Of a stretch of DNA of 64,000 nucleotides, positions 48,101 through 56,416 are shown piece by piece. Numbering within the stretch: position 1 is the first letter of the stretch; each line of letters begins with the position of its first letter. Both the position numbers and the translations under genes were made by a program. The stretch is from a virus: IMG/VR virus record IMGVR_UViG_3300006735_000001, positions 32,001-96,000 of that record. One strand, 5' to 3'. The notes below the pieces were generated by a model that worked only from the letters and a program-made list of their open reading frames with translations, ran no database searches and was not told the DNA's origin.

Positions 48101-50464
48101 TACTGCTCTTTTATAATCTTCTGATTCAGGTGGATATTGCGCTGGATTAAATAAATTAGGAAACTCATCTCTAAAGTTATTATAGTCAGTTTGCATTTCT
48201 TTAATGTTATCAATTTGATCTTGTAACTTTTCTCTTGCTTTCCCATTCTTAATTTGGGTGGGCGTAAAACCAAAACCAGCTTCATACAAAGCTTTATCAT
48301 CTAACTGCATGAAATCTTTAATTTGATCAATAAACAAATGAGAAGTCCCAGTTTCAAAAATTGCATGAGCATTAGCAAATCTTGATTCATCTTGCATGTT
48401 TACAATATTATATAAATCTTCTTGCATCCTAAGATCATTGCTAAGTTGTTTTTGAAAAGTAAGATTAAACATTTTAGGATCAAAAACAGACAAAGGATCA
48501 TTTGCCATATTGTCCCATGTATTATTAAGTGCATCTAATGCAGTCTGTACAGTTTTTTCTTTTGCATCTCTAAATTCTTGAAACGCTTCTTTTTGCTTTT
48601 CTGTTGCCAAACCTGTTAAACCAACTTGAGAACCACCGTACTTATATAAAGAAGGTATACCTTGAAATAAAAGCTTTTGTGGACCTTGTACAAAACCACC
48701 CATTAAAAACCCTGACATAAACACTTCAAAACCTTGACCAGAAAGTTGCTCTCCCATACCAGCCTTAATATTAGCTTTTCTTAAAGCCCATCCTCCTGAT
48801 AAAGGATCATCTAATATAGCACTGTAGTACCCAGTAGTTGCAGCAGCTACCGCCTCTTGAGATACTTCTTGCACACCTTCTGCAATATTATTTGCAAAGT
48901 ATCTTAATGATGAACTAGCTATTAACCCGGCACTTCCCCTAACACCTCCAGCTTTAACTCCATTCCACCATGCTGAAATACCAGTGCCTCTATCTTTAAA
49001 CATTTTACCTACATTAGGTAAACCTGTTTTAGGATTAATACTCTTTCTTGTTCTTAGAATTCTTTTACCTACATTTTGATAACCCTCTCTAATAGTCATA
49101 CCCAATGTTCTTCTATAACCCCCTAAAGCATTGCCAAGAACAAACCAGTTACTTGCATAAATAATAGGTGCATTAATCATCATAGTCTCAAATGCTGCTT
49201 CATGAGACTTAGATATAATCTCTTGCATATCTTTATCAGTGACAGTTTCACCTCTAGCTTCTCTTTTAGTTACTTCTGAGTTTACTAAATTATTAGCAAC
49301 CATGCCTCCTTCAAGTCTACCTTCTGATACAGCAAGATTTACAGCACGTAAATCTCTATAGAACCCACCAAATAGTTTAGTAGTATTAGCAATGTTTCTT
49401 GAGTTTTGCGCAACTGTTTTAGTAGTATTCCATCTTTTGAGAGCAAATAAAGTATTAGGGGTAAACGCTTGTCCTAAAACTTTAGTGCCATTTATTGAAC
49501 CTTGCCAAAAATTCTTTGCATTTTGAACATCTTTTAATTTTTTTAAAAATTTATTTGCATAAAATGAATTTTTTATTCCTTGACCAATAGTTTTTACTCC
49601 ACGAAAAATATTCCAACCAGATCTTGCTACTGTTCCAGCTACAGCAGCACCTGCTGCGGGTGTCGTAGTCCCACCAGATGGTATTGTACTTAATCCTAAT
49701 GCTGAAGTACCTAATACCATTGCTAATTCTTCTACAGCTATAGATGCTATTATACCACCAGTATATGCACTATTTAAAAAAAAGTTATTAGCAAAACCAC
49801 CAAAGCCTCCTCTAGTACTATTACCAACCATCATTGCCTCTTCAAATGCTTCTGCAGTTTCATCATCACCACTAAATACTGAATCCCAATCACCAGCCAT
49901 TACATCTGCTGCAGTTCTATATGAACTCATAAATGCAGCACCACCTAAAGCTCCAAGCTCACCACTCATTCTAGATAGATCATCCATTATATTGCTATTA
50001 GCATTATAGTAAGTTTCCATATCAGCATATGGTACAAATCCTAAATTCTTATATTCTGGATGCTCATAATATCTTCTAAAATTACTTGACTTGACATCAA
50101 ATGCAATAGGAGATACATTAATCTTTCCTTCACTTAAATCACCCTGCATTATTTGTTTTGAAGATTCATAACTACCTGGTTGAGGTGGTCTTGATTGAGA
50201 GTAAGGATCAAAATTTGTTGTTGCTGAGCCAGGTAAAGGATTTGAAATATTAGTAGTAGGAACAATAGAATACCTGTTTATCATTTCCTGAGCAGCTCTT
50301 ACATTAGTAACGCCACCTGGATCAAGCATCATAGCATCAGCTCTATCCATATCTGGACTTTCAAACATGTCTTCTATAGGAGTAAAAGTAAAATTACTTT
50401 GAGGTAATGTTTGTTCTAACTGATCTGTTTGTATAGATTGTTCTAAGCTATTTTGATTTAGCAT
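36155..50464 (-). CDS. giant virion-packaged two-barrel RNA polymerase fused to a zincin-like domain
   Basis: VRIPT...GSDHDGDK catalytic loop (DHDGD at 39107-39121), DAQGY motif, HEAFH at 43547-43561. Confidence 0.85.
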   Translation of the reverse strand: MLNQNSLEQSIQTDQLEQTLPQSNFTFTPIEDMFESPDMDRADAMMLDPGGVTNVRAAQEMINRYSIVPTTNISNPLPGSATTNFDPYSQSRPPQPGSYESSKQIMQGDLSEGKINVSPIAFDVKSSNFRRYYEHPEYKNLGFVPYADMETYYNANSNIMDDLSRMSGELGALGGAAFMSSYRTAADVMAGDWDSVFSGDDETAEAFEEAMMVGNSTRGGFGGFANNFFLNSAYTGGIIASIAVEELAMVLGTSALGLSTIPSGGTTTPAAGAAVAGTVARSGWNIFRGVKTIGQGIKNSFYANKFLKKLKDVQNAKNFWQGSINGTKVLGQAFTPNTLFALKRWNTTKTVAQNSRNIANTTKLFGGFYRDLRAVNLAVSEGRLEGGMVANNLVNSEVTKREARGETVTDKDMQEIISKSHEAAFETMMINAPIIYASNWFVLGNALGGYRRTLGMTIREGYQNVGKRILRTRKSINPKTGLPNVGKMFKDRGTGISAWWNGVKAGGVRGSAGLIASSSLRYFANNIAEGVQEVSQEAVAAATTGYYSAILDDPLSGGWALRKANIKAGMGEQLSGQGFEVFMSGFLMGGFVQGPQKLLFQGIPSLYKYGGSQVGLTGLATEKQKEAFQEFRDAKEKTVQTALDALNNTWDNMANDPLSVFDPKMFNLTFQKQLSNDLRMQEDLYNIVNMQDESRFANAHAIFETGTSHLFIDQIKDFMQLDDKALYEAGFGFTPTQIKNGKAREKLQDQIDNIKEMQTDYNNFRDEFPNLFNPAQYPPESEDYKRAVLQSRAWDHSRMLLMFTKNSMVRAAERAASINSRLQNEPLFKNMSASDLTVLTSKESLVKEMQILTDEISLLKAGEQTDKVKKDLAFKTKKLDLIAKFFTTIINPKNRTKDGKGPFDRRKMKTIEKPFQAYVQFLASQSQKDGLTQTFVDPTEVRKALIDIIDYTYLDGNIGIYNRALLYLMKPENFDEIYNRTLSVVEERFENNYETTKKNLEKYIDIQLANKLINELMSQEDVVVAGDESAEFLQTGDSSVLKNFFTQYGQINATNDKAKWLKIQAIIANYNRMVSKSDQAQNDAEVSEAEVSEVTNKEQEEILSDAGISVVLKKPNNTPMLNSLLNRSYNKYAALTSSKNEPVDSFNKWRSSEEAKLIQTTFNNIKKVWAQGYDSKDSEGNTFKITVSERQVTNEEGFAEFLLTREAIEDPIVQKLLSEAGLTLNDIIDDSDGAPVSKTARPANEGKGPFMQGTKFDVTKVDIDPEPYFELRDKNNNPLKEDVLSLLPKKFKGFIAGIYNTADSASDALNYLDSLMPDDSAYLFDGYTIHLGETVIDRDGQEWLVKSTPKMVSDKGRILLRKKEDNDKNPADVEPMRSVGLGNFRSEYTLQERDVQALTDDFAKLNFGKNVEIYPRVFDNEQSLPDKFSRAQRRLAVILSSLSAEEIQTLNLVIERDPKSGEIKGPYVIPTNPTLKKPNPQLIQAVSVYKIGFSLPLILLDKVNDKLQKENLGALEEGVVFGYVDNGNYAIKPTPESLGLDPRNITIKEVKNIINNATFPEGMQDNELVQSVQDMFTTNILIATQAGKLLGDNNKISISFDSEDMINFDIRTVLTGAIIDFDNVPKPVSELEYQFVNEEGDTFIFDVKRNKGQFKSINEITSVDNDPEFGVEERRKLIDDTVSGLKSQQIYEDKILNGTDRYYLIVKAPNGTYGFATLQAKQLTSDEFSQLAFDLIDQAEKKQEDNKGKTKVQQESSTFNNKFNDEIARDIFIKSNKGGYTVSIQVNPYGEVQMQLYDKNNKKDVATKTPKLTRDEVNDPKISVEAKLVTLISRLNEEIESTGVVITPAKFSKGFPEDATYDEILDKTTTKTATNVFKGQKVRLNANSAGIDAGRGVPDAANASGTFQMTEPYSGKPIGPVLQTPARTSNEAENSVLDITETEYTDMVEGNVPVPVAFLDQIAEVKRRGGEFSLREQGIYDTNSEIIDMKVAIAPNPTTASTNPNQKFDDVVSTVEKQIRALRDPVTGEVSDKNRAKFKSLTTQLYEAKSAARRGNSTQPLGTKTKGKDSNGDIIYLNSDEKAVEDKSIESYIKTIDKGIKNGKITLEKGREMVLKRITKDYDFSMDKMGIIVDYIQDRLDGSIPQVGNNKSSWLMFRDGKQPGLPVKQNNINIQIEELKVSLLEGVAPRDHFKTLQKNEEYQKLLKERDRQDKGLVNKILSGVFTPVFDDLDIVNINDFMMEAERILPDFISIEDIAVLGDNMKAGGVRVGAFQMYLNDLAGGLNVKGTIYTGAQNPFKYHEAFHAVYRLLLTPEQQKRLQSVARKEVRAKLRAEGKSFEKELQKFKNSANTYSDMSRKQLEKLYYEEYMSDEFDKFKINPRNTNTNTEVKSLFNRIIEFIKAFIDRFTTSQLQRTFEDIDAGKYKNASVVSNEFTESVLNDGPIIANALVPFKKIVVKDTEGFDYLDGNIADMIVRGIAASYLARSAKAELPYNPKDIFDEVVDDYQWLYSPNNEVNDLKTDEQKEKLKQIESAFLNYSTLIIEQADNLLEMITDKSVIQEENIDNVEDSVGVRTVSQYDLDASLIGGLKAIPSDVRKYIALTSVSEKDFFGNEYLTKGERIIVPVDFVDAFNSILKSTSNITNPLDFLKSMYFFGEDNVQGGAIVRKLLHDVGYSSESLLTDESFPAEIQNSSLLQSFINGFTNVRLDYLFVERSLAGDVRIYTASQKDDINSQLTRWQQAYYVAKRKLRADSNKTTNVINQIKDFDKALKGSNEMTDKALDKMSKAYSQDLYDNVGIKLSSLFIKVSLLQNRNGKTKKQKSLKKLYSDAKVIQDSGTGSDFSTMSLLSEQLQSNQDIFDEKGGILGRLRELSIANAPFDETVGATIHRNSNGDLVYAHQKPTFNLLFVNNLNNIDFYNNLLADPYKEQNFLLNSEAFKKMSQDRQIRMLRMEGSKVASGALSESNVEDGVSIDNTDYFRTQTYGNFSPKEFSLTQINLYTAFFNTKSGRVDTVIDSQGNESAIAPIFPKVMEASNTSELIGLPVIKTVEGSNAIITDETLDLFLDGIKNEFTRINRESNIDTATETVLGYNDVGGRGFSFFNNTTLLSQEFKNELSKVAYDQGQARNTISFDDAIKFTPYTLSQIREDIRTQLNNEYSDYVQYLIDENIYDEISKKVKDGLVVAEGVSRNNVNESSESLNLIPTNARYNLRQIFFNQKLNAAAFNEAQHGDQARLFKSSADITKRAKGNNNAGTPAYSEVIDTKKGILHTTDDISYILFEEPIENNIDIADAQGYTTVKGFRHLKFGTDSLSTGQAQLLDAMEDGLSESYQSSVYFGNEETPIGLVQDKDMVNSKKYAYFDGQKYLKFTITTLFKEYTSNLNPVTQVWEAKPGMLTLHNLRVAMEKIDASKDTITVAGPLSASKAEKMRVVPLSDINDNIGALEVLPHSTLSAKHMRLQQITPSNQLEGPDPTQIAEIITNIPVQFYKTKVPGLRDLNGDALDLKQIITAYNEVKTKKFKLSFNNKRNLIYEFESAVNDFNISNNTDITPKLAAFLKFAEKSLKAGKTSTNLLEFFSSVDGKQNYNLNNPITAPKFEQLFLNYFAKGVFSQKVPMVKLTLVSPFGVKKYRRVYDVEIVNGETIPTRSEIVRDKVFDRLGLTVEKDLQDLTPGNIPAKGYIVLDRLRVVPVYSNPKNPNSYTGERAMEMQMPAHHSSVRDLIENTNAPIPNVIARQFAVRIPTDDFHSSTPSLLVDFMPTAMGSVGMYAQELIEIAGSDHDGDKTFAHIKDFYVQDGVFKEYGKTKNKREEYLEYVRYSNRLVKAKGSQLQSVFELYSNNELDARIDSSPDSAVIDIATDPIDKQGGGMLLDTAKALAVLGLPISPAQYSEYKLKYGYPFEAPFNNQLLDYKFALVGNESMTTGNNPISYTPTSEEPINAALKLLEEKEQKIIGLDSNNYFRDKRADTPYDPSSFLGQAIAFQDNKGASIGASVLPNLYLSNLVEAGSEITDKTFTPIIDGITYNSFDPGSVEQAKINQDGKAAIVSMTVDNPTNRFVGKAGFNKHATSLAMNMLSLGMPMETIILLINTPTIRQVYKNASESNYSPYRVNKEIKKAFAVILNTFDDKKPSVPKLTSEMMSDYINANYNENLDPAEFYDVDLSILREFAKASRLQEFTNNMAAVTGLTKGLGKSMQNISRRKKQIEKLFDKDAPINLNKVFGPNTWHGTYIEGFNLLTNNLLPATFLRSSIDFQEILSLIADQMDLTNQATNEEMLDKISLDLLSYLTIKGYRNNMMENESHVVGGLTNDILYPSKQENIVDIVNRLKETPEGVDNDFLNGFLIVTDSKNSKSGLNLAEANTFRVMNSLMKVDLQNGFSRLYGSPNTRQDAMNLVSYMMVKDGLQIGYGTLLDAVNPYILNKYLSHVNTVNDALRGKQSIDTVFGQDIRSLINEFIKGYTVAAASNDKVFTLSSSDVGVSIEITPEGTQSLVVDWLEYYRDLGIEPIRNDKGFYRGPRLYSFNYLVQGEDGPTVSRAVAMEEWDVQDIQKKMTVTYSLESTKGSPRQNGIGFMFGDLISTNDLNKYRSENQKSSDIMPGESMAPISSYENAVKEMALKQQNSNITAVQGTPMQDSGIKVKLDPEAKETNIEDTAKLAEQISANSEAVEEDERQAYTIEDVDTSNPEMTDPQTSLFNELKLSLEEIYPVLYNFWTDTINPSAENRKIMRAQGAGTFKKFIGKFNDKNLKYESEQDYVEDVKKCILKK

Positions 50465-50475
50465 ACTGTTGGTAT

Positions 50476-53400
50476 TTAATTATTTAAATTTAAAACAGGT
50501 CTATTATCTTTGACTATTGTATCCTTTGGTAAATATCTGTTTTTATTATCTTTGATGCCATATCTTTTGCTATCTAAGTCAAAAAGAGCCTTATTATTTT
50601 TTCTTAATTGTTCAAAAGATTTTCTTTGTGCCTCAATTTTTTTATCTAACTCTTTAAGAGAAAATCCTTTTGGAAAAAACAATTGCATTGTTCCAACATC
50701 CGGAATATAATTACCACCTGATTTATCATTTGGATTATAAGGGTTATAGTTGTATGCTTTATACATCATTCTATAAATATTATCTGCATCTTTTACTACT
50801 TGAAACTCTGCAGTAGTTTGTATATCACCTGGAACAGTAGTAGTATATGTATCATTAGGTGACTCTAATATTGCTGTTTCAACAAAAGAAAAATACGGTT
50901 TATTTACAGCATATTCACTTATATCTTGATCTTGTGGAAAAATTATAGATATACCTTTAGCATTAGAATCGTACATAGCAGTGCCTTCTTTTTCTCCATA
51001 AAGAGTACCAGGCTCAGGAACAATACCTTTTAAGCTATTAATATCTCTTGTATCTAATGCTCCATAAGAATCATTACTACTACCTTTTTTCTTACTTGCT
51101 AACCAGTCTTCATCAAATACTATTTGCCAACCTGCATTAGCTTTGTCACCATCATCTGATTGTCCTAAAACAGGCTTATAAATTAACTCAACTGCTGGTA
51201 CTGGTTTATCAGGATTTTTTTGAGGATTTGCTAAATATTCTGCATAATCTTTTCTCCACATTCTTAAAACCTTTTCAGCTGTTGCATCTTTCTGCATAAG
51301 TTCATCTGAGTCCAACCCTCTTTTATTAATGCTACCAGCTATCACACCATAAGGTCTTCCTTGAAAACTATTTAATTGATTAAAAAATGCAAGCACTGCT
51401 TCATTATTTTGTCTTTGTAGTTCTGGACTAAGCTTAACAATTGGATTTATTTTATAAGATATTGAAGTACCTGCATAAGCATTTTCAAATATATCTCCAC
51501 GTCCTTCCATTATACCTCTAAAACTAATAGGAGGTAAAGAACCATATTTTTTATCTCCTTTTAAAGATTCTGTAAGTGCTTCTCTATATATATCATAATA
51601 CTTACCAGCATCAGATGCTACCGCATCTTCATCTAAACCTTTTGAATAAGATATATCCATAAACTCACCATGACCTGTAACTGTTTTAATATCATTCATG
51701 TAGTTTTTATCTGCCGATCCAGATAATAAAGGCACAGAACTTTGATTACCATCTATAAATCTAGAATCCCAGTTTGTAAGTTGACCAGCCTCAGCTAATT
51801 TTATTGCTTGCTGAATAAACTTTTCTCTGGTCATTATACCACCTCTCTCATTTAGTATACTTCCTAAACCTGCCCTTCTACCATCTCTTGCATCACTAGT
51901 TCTAATTAGTTGCTCATTTTGGAATTTATTATCTATAGCAGTATAATGTTGAGTTATTCTTTTATAATTTTCTTCTAATACTGCATTAATTGACCTAATT
52001 TGATTTTCAGTAGATTGAGGATTAGTAATCATATCTCCATATAACTCATCATATGGAGCTCTATTTTCTGTTAAATTTGGATTATTCAATATCATCTGCC
52101 TTCTATCTTTTATTACTTTGACAGCATCATCAAAAGCTATATTAACTTTATCTCTATTTTCTAATAATCCATTTTCACCTACTGCATTCATTTGAAGCCT
52201 TAAATCATTAGGTGTACCTTCAAATAATATATTTCCTCCATCATCACGTACAGCATATGTATTAGTTTGTCCTCCTACATTCCCAGTAGGGTTTGTAATT
52301 GTTAATGTTTTAATAATATTTTCAACTTGTCTTTTATGTAGAGCAGCATCTGCTTCATCAAATTCCTGTTCAAATATTTCGTATGGTTTGAATTCCGTCA
52401 AATCTGGGTCTCCATCACTATCTGTAGGAAATTTATTTGTATCTGAAGACCCATAAGTTTTATTTACCCCATTTGCTGCATCTATTATTCTTTGTTGACT
52501 TTCACTATTGATAGTACCTTCTGCTATTCCTTTTAAATATTCAAGTTCATATTTTCTTTCTTGTCTTTTATCTGCAGCTCTATCTCTTTGACTTTGTAAA
52601 GCAGAAGCATAATCAGCTTGCTTTTTTATAACACCATACTTACTTTCTCTTATTGAATATTCATAATCTCTAGATGCATAATCTCTTGCAGATTTATTTA
52701 TATCACCTAATATATTATAATTCATAATTAAGTTATATGCTTTATTCATCAAAGCTTGATCAGTGTTGCTAGGTAAGTTAGCAATCTCTTTCATTTCTAA
52801 ACTTGCATTTAAAGAAGCTTCGGTTGCATCTAACATTTCTTGCTGATCTTGATAAGCCAAAGCCATTGTAGAGTCAGGACCTTCCAATATACCTACATTA
52901 GCTTGATAGTTTTGCCAATTTACATTTGCATTAACAAGATTTTGTTTTTTTCTAATTTTTTCTTGAGTATCTTTGGTATTCATACTATCAATACGTCTGA
53001 TAGTTTCTTTTGCCCAAGCTTCTTTACCTTGACTAATAGAAGAAAAAGTACCATTAGTAACACCCTCAGATGCAAAATCTCTAGATCTTACAAAGCCTTC
53101 TTCATAATATGCAGCAATTACTTTAGGATTTTGTAATAGTTGATTCCTTAATATTTGTTCTGCTTGTCCTGTTACTTGTTTACCGTTTTGTTCAGTAATA
53201 ATAAAATCTGTTAATGGTCTACCTTTTTTATCTGTCTCAAAATAATCTACCTTTCTTTTCAAAGGAGGATCCATTTCTGATAAAATCTTATCGGCTAATA
53301 GACCTAGGTCAGCATCTTCTACATATTTAGGTAGTGCCATATTCATAGCTTCTTGCTCAGATGCATTTATAAAATCCTCCATTCTATATTGTAATCCTTT

Positions 53401-53826
53401 CTTACCGGTATCCCAATACTTTTCATATTGTTCTTTGTTTGGATTATCTAATAGTAAATTTGCATAAGACATTTCATCTCTAAATCTAGAAGTAAATACA
53501 ACATCTCTTACAGTTAAATCATCTTGATAAAATGGAGCAAACACAGACTTAGCTGCATCTGCATTACTCTGCAGTGATAAATCTAATCCAGATATTTTTT
53601 CAATCTGTGGACCTATTTGTTGAGCATATTGATCTCTTCTATCTTTAGTATCTTGTCTAGATAGATCAGCATAAACAACTTTGTTGTATAAATCATTAGT
53701 AGCCTGGAAGTTAGCATCATACTTATCTTGCCTAGCATTTACTACCTGAGATAAAAATTTATAGTCAGGTGTAAATGGTTTAATATCTGGTAAATAAGTA
53801 TCAGCTCCTTTTATATATGTTGCCAT
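50476..53826 (-). CDS. large virion/injected protein
   Basis: 1116 aa; PFTPD...Q..YD N-terminus; first of the giant-gene trio. Confidence 0.65.
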   Translation of the reverse strand: MATYIKGADTYLPDIKPFTPDYKFLSQVVNARQDKYDANFQATNDLYNKVVYADLSRQDTKDRRDQYAQQIGPQIEKISGLDLSLQSNADAAKSVFAPFYQDDLTVRDVVFTSRFRDEMSYANLLLDNPNKEQYEKYWDTGKKGLQYRMEDFINASEQEAMNMALPKYVEDADLGLLADKILSEMDPPLKRKVDYFETDKKGRPLTDFIITEQNGKQVTGQAEQILRNQLLQNPKVIAAYYEEGFVRSRDFASEGVTNGTFSSISQGKEAWAKETIRRIDSMNTKDTQEKIRKKQNLVNANVNWQNYQANVGILEGPDSTMALAYQDQQEMLDATEASLNASLEMKEIANLPSNTDQALMNKAYNLIMNYNILGDINKSARDYASRDYEYSIRESKYGVIKKQADYASALQSQRDRAADKRQERKYELEYLKGIAEGTINSESQQRIIDAANGVNKTYGSSDTNKFPTDSDGDPDLTEFKPYEIFEQEFDEADAALHKRQVENIIKTLTITNPTGNVGGQTNTYAVRDDGGNILFEGTPNDLRLQMNAVGENGLLENRDKVNIAFDDAVKVIKDRRQMILNNPNLTENRAPYDELYGDMITNPQSTENQIRSINAVLEENYKRITQHYTAIDNKFQNEQLIRTSDARDGRRAGLGSILNERGGIMTREKFIQQAIKLAEAGQLTNWDSRFIDGNQSSVPLLSGSADKNYMNDIKTVTGHGEFMDISYSKGLDEDAVASDAGKYYDIYREALTESLKGDKKYGSLPPISFRGIMEGRGDIFENAYAGTSISYKINPIVKLSPELQRQNNEAVLAFFNQLNSFQGRPYGVIAGSINKRGLDSDELMQKDATAEKVLRMWRKDYAEYLANPQKNPDKPVPAVELIYKPVLGQSDDGDKANAGWQIVFDEDWLASKKKGSSNDSYGALDTRDINSLKGIVPEPGTLYGEKEGTAMYDSNAKGISIIFPQDQDISEYAVNKPYFSFVETAILESPNDTYTTTVPGDIQTTAEFQVVKDADNIYRMMYKAYNYNPYNPNDKSGGNYIPDVGTMQLFFPKGFSLKELDKKIEAQRKSFEQLRKNNKALFDLDSKRYGIKDNKNRYLPKDTIVKDNRPVLNLNN

Positions 53827-53885
53827 AATTCAAAATTAATATAATTTAATAAGTTTACAAAGAGGAATAAATAAACTCTTTAAGT

Positions 53886-56414
53886 TTACATTCCCATCTT
53901 CCCAGTATAAAATGCTGGGTTTATAGCAAACTTTTTCATTTCGTTTCCATCCTTTGCTTCATCTGGTTCATCTGTTCTTTCTGCTCTATATCCAATAGGT
54001 GCTCCATATTCTTGACTATATACTTGTGCATTGTTCATATTAGCAGTATTCTGAGGTAACCCTCCAACCATATTTCTATATAATGCATCAACTGTTTTAT
54101 CGTCCATTGGTCTCCCTAAGTATTTTTCATATCTTTGGACTTTCTGAGCAAATGCAATTTCAGCATTTTGTTTAGGATCTTCATAAGGTTGTCTACCTCT
54201 ACCAGTAAACTCAATATCACCATATTGATCAGCACCAATCTTATACATATCATTAAGACTATTTAAGTTATATGTATTTGATGCATTAGTTGCACCTACA
54301 TTAAACAACTCATTAGCTTTCATTGTCTTCCAGTTATCCTCATTGTCTTTATTTTGTAAAGCAACTATAGTATTATCATACAGACTTTTAGTTCTATCAT
54401 TTTGTAGTTTATCATATTGCATTCCAAATTGAGGTGCAAGCATACCCACTTTATTCATAGTTTGAACATTTGCTTGATTAACACCTGATATTGCTTTTGC
54501 ATTAGCATCTAATGTTGTTCCTTGTATATTACTTCGTGCAATAGCTTGTGGTCCATAATTACCTAATGCATCAGCCATAGTACCTTGAGCAGCTAAGTTT
54601 GCATTAATAATTGTAGTTGGATCATCTAGTACATAATCTATTTTACGTTCTTGTATTGGAGCTTGAAATGGTAAATATAAGTTACTATCAAACATATTTA
54701 ATGCTTGTAAATTATTTACATCTTGTTGCCACCATGGTTTTCCTGGATCATCTGACGGAATAACTGGAGGTATTTCAATAGGTGCTTCAGGTCCTTTTAT
54801 ATTAAACTCATCACCAGGTTCAAAACCTACATTAAGTCTAGGAGTATTAAATGTATGCAAACCAAAGTCACCATCAAATCCTCTACCCTTTTCCCAATTA
54901 GGATCATCTTTACTTAAGAAATATGGTACATATGGTATATTAGCTGCTAAAGCTTCTTCTTTTCTTTTTGCTTCTGCTGCTTTTTGAAATCTTAATACTT
55001 CCTTTTCGCTAGGGTCAGAATAGTTAAACCCCTCTTCTCCAAACTCAGCTTCTATTACATCACCCCATCTAGTATAAAAATCTTCTTTATTTTCTTCTAA
55101 CAGAATGTCTTCAGACCCATAAATTTTAGCACCTTTAACTTTTCCTTGATCACGTGATCTTTTCCCTCCAGATAAAGAACCATACTTGTATTGTGCTTTA
55201 TCAGATGCATCTATTACTTCACCTTGTAAACTAATGTCTTCATTATATATATCTACTGCAGTACTATCAGGTCTTAACCTAGTAGGTACTCTACGTTCAG
55301 AACCTGATCCACCTGGAAACTTACCTTTAGGAGCTAATTTAAAATTATAATTATTAGTTGCTGGATCATATGTCATTACATAACCTTTACTTATAGCATC
55401 TAAATATTTTTTTGTGTTAACTGGATCACCAACAAATGGGTTTTCTTGTATAATAATATCAGTGTTATCAACCTCTTCAGGTGACTCACCAGCAGTTTGA
55501 TATCTTGGTATAAAAGTCTCTAGACCATTCTTAGCCATATTCATCATACTTGTATCAGCTTGAGCAAGTTGTGCTTGATTAGCAGAAAACTCTGGTGGCC
55601 CTTGAGTCCCTTGAGCTACTGCACCTGCTTGATTTTCTTGAGCCATCATGTTTTGCAACATCTGTATCATATTTTGTTGCTCTGTAGGTAATTGTTGAAT
55701 TGCATTTTCTCTAGCTTGAGCTTGACTAATACCTTCTACCTGTGAAGTAAACTCTAAAGGATCAATACCTTGCCCCAATAAATAAGGGTGTGCGATTAAA
55801 GGAACACCATCATCAAAGTTCTTTTTAGCTTCTTGCATAAAACCAAGTTTAGATAAATCATTCATATTCTTTTGAATCATTAATTCTGCACTTCTGGTAG
55901 ATATATCATCAGCAAACTGAGATCCTATTTCTGCATAATAATCATTTAGATTAAACTTCTGTGATATTTTAGCAGGAGTCTTTCTTGAACCACCCATATC
56001 AAACTCTGACATTTCTTCTTTTGTAAATTTTAATTTTGGTGTATCAGAATATATAAATGACTGTTCTGGTAAGAACATAGGTACACCCCCTTGAGAATGT
56101 CTTTTACCACTTATATTATATAAACCAAATTTTCCATCATCATTTAAATCTGTCAAAACTGTTTCTCCACCTTCTGCTTCTACATTAGCAACATCTCTTG
56201 GAACTTTTGATAAACTGTATCTTACACTTTTATCTTGTTCATTATTAAAAGATGTACTTCCATAGTACTCTTGAGGAGTTGTAACCAAACCATAATTAGC
56301 TTGATCACCTGTTACATATACGTCACCACCTTGTTGCATAACTTGATCTTCAACAACTTTGCCGTTAACCAATTTAAATCCTTCAGGTAATTTATTTATT
56401 TTTATTTTTGCCAT
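53886..56414 (-). CDS. putative virion core protein with xxGG motifs
   Basis: EAEGGE...GKRHSQGGV motif; MQQGG, AKNG, YQTAG, AKDG. Confidence 0.65.
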   Translation of the reverse strand: MAKIKINKLPEGFKLVNGKVVEDQVMQQGGDVYVTGDQANYGLVTTPQEYYGSTSFNNEQDKSVRYSLSKVPRDVANVEAEGGETVLTDLNDDGKFGLYNISGKRHSQGGVPMFLPEQSFIYSDTPKLKFTKEEMSEFDMGGSRKTPAKISQKFNLNDYYAEIGSQFADDISTRSAELMIQKNMNDLSKLGFMQEAKKNFDDGVPLIAHPYLLGQGIDPLEFTSQVEGISQAQARENAIQQLPTEQQNMIQMLQNMMAQENQAGAVAQGTQGPPEFSANQAQLAQADTSMMNMAKNGLETFIPRYQTAGESPEEVDNTDIIIQENPFVGDPVNTKKYLDAISKGYVMTYDPATNNYNFKLAPKGKFPGGSGSERRVPTRLRPDSTAVDIYNEDISLQGEVIDASDKAQYKYGSLSGGKRSRDQGKVKGAKIYGSEDILLEENKEDFYTRWGDVIEAEFGEEGFNYSDPSEKEVLRFQKAAEAKRKEEALAANIPYVPYFLSKDDPNWEKGRGFDGDFGLHTFNTPRLNVGFEPGDEFNIKGPEAPIEIPPVIPSDDPGKPWWQQDVNNLQALNMFDSNLYLPFQAPIQERKIDYVLDDPTTIINANLAAQGTMADALGNYGPQAIARSNIQGTTLDANAKAISGVNQANVQTMNKVGMLAPQFGMQYDKLQNDRTKSLYDNTIVALQNKDNEDNWKTMKANELFNVGATNASNTYNLNSLNDMYKIGADQYGDIEFTGRGRQPYEDPKQNAEIAFAQKVQRYEKYLGRPMDDKTVDALYRNMVGGLPQNTANMNNAQVYSQEYGAPIGYRAERTDEPDEAKDGNEMKKFAINPAFYTGKMGM

Positions 56415-56416
56415 AA

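Noticed and set aside
47956-48300. 114-aa same-strand alternative-frame ORF inside the RNAP gene (also 32929..33132)
   Set aside because: No motif, frameshift signal or initiation evidence; expected by chance in long genes
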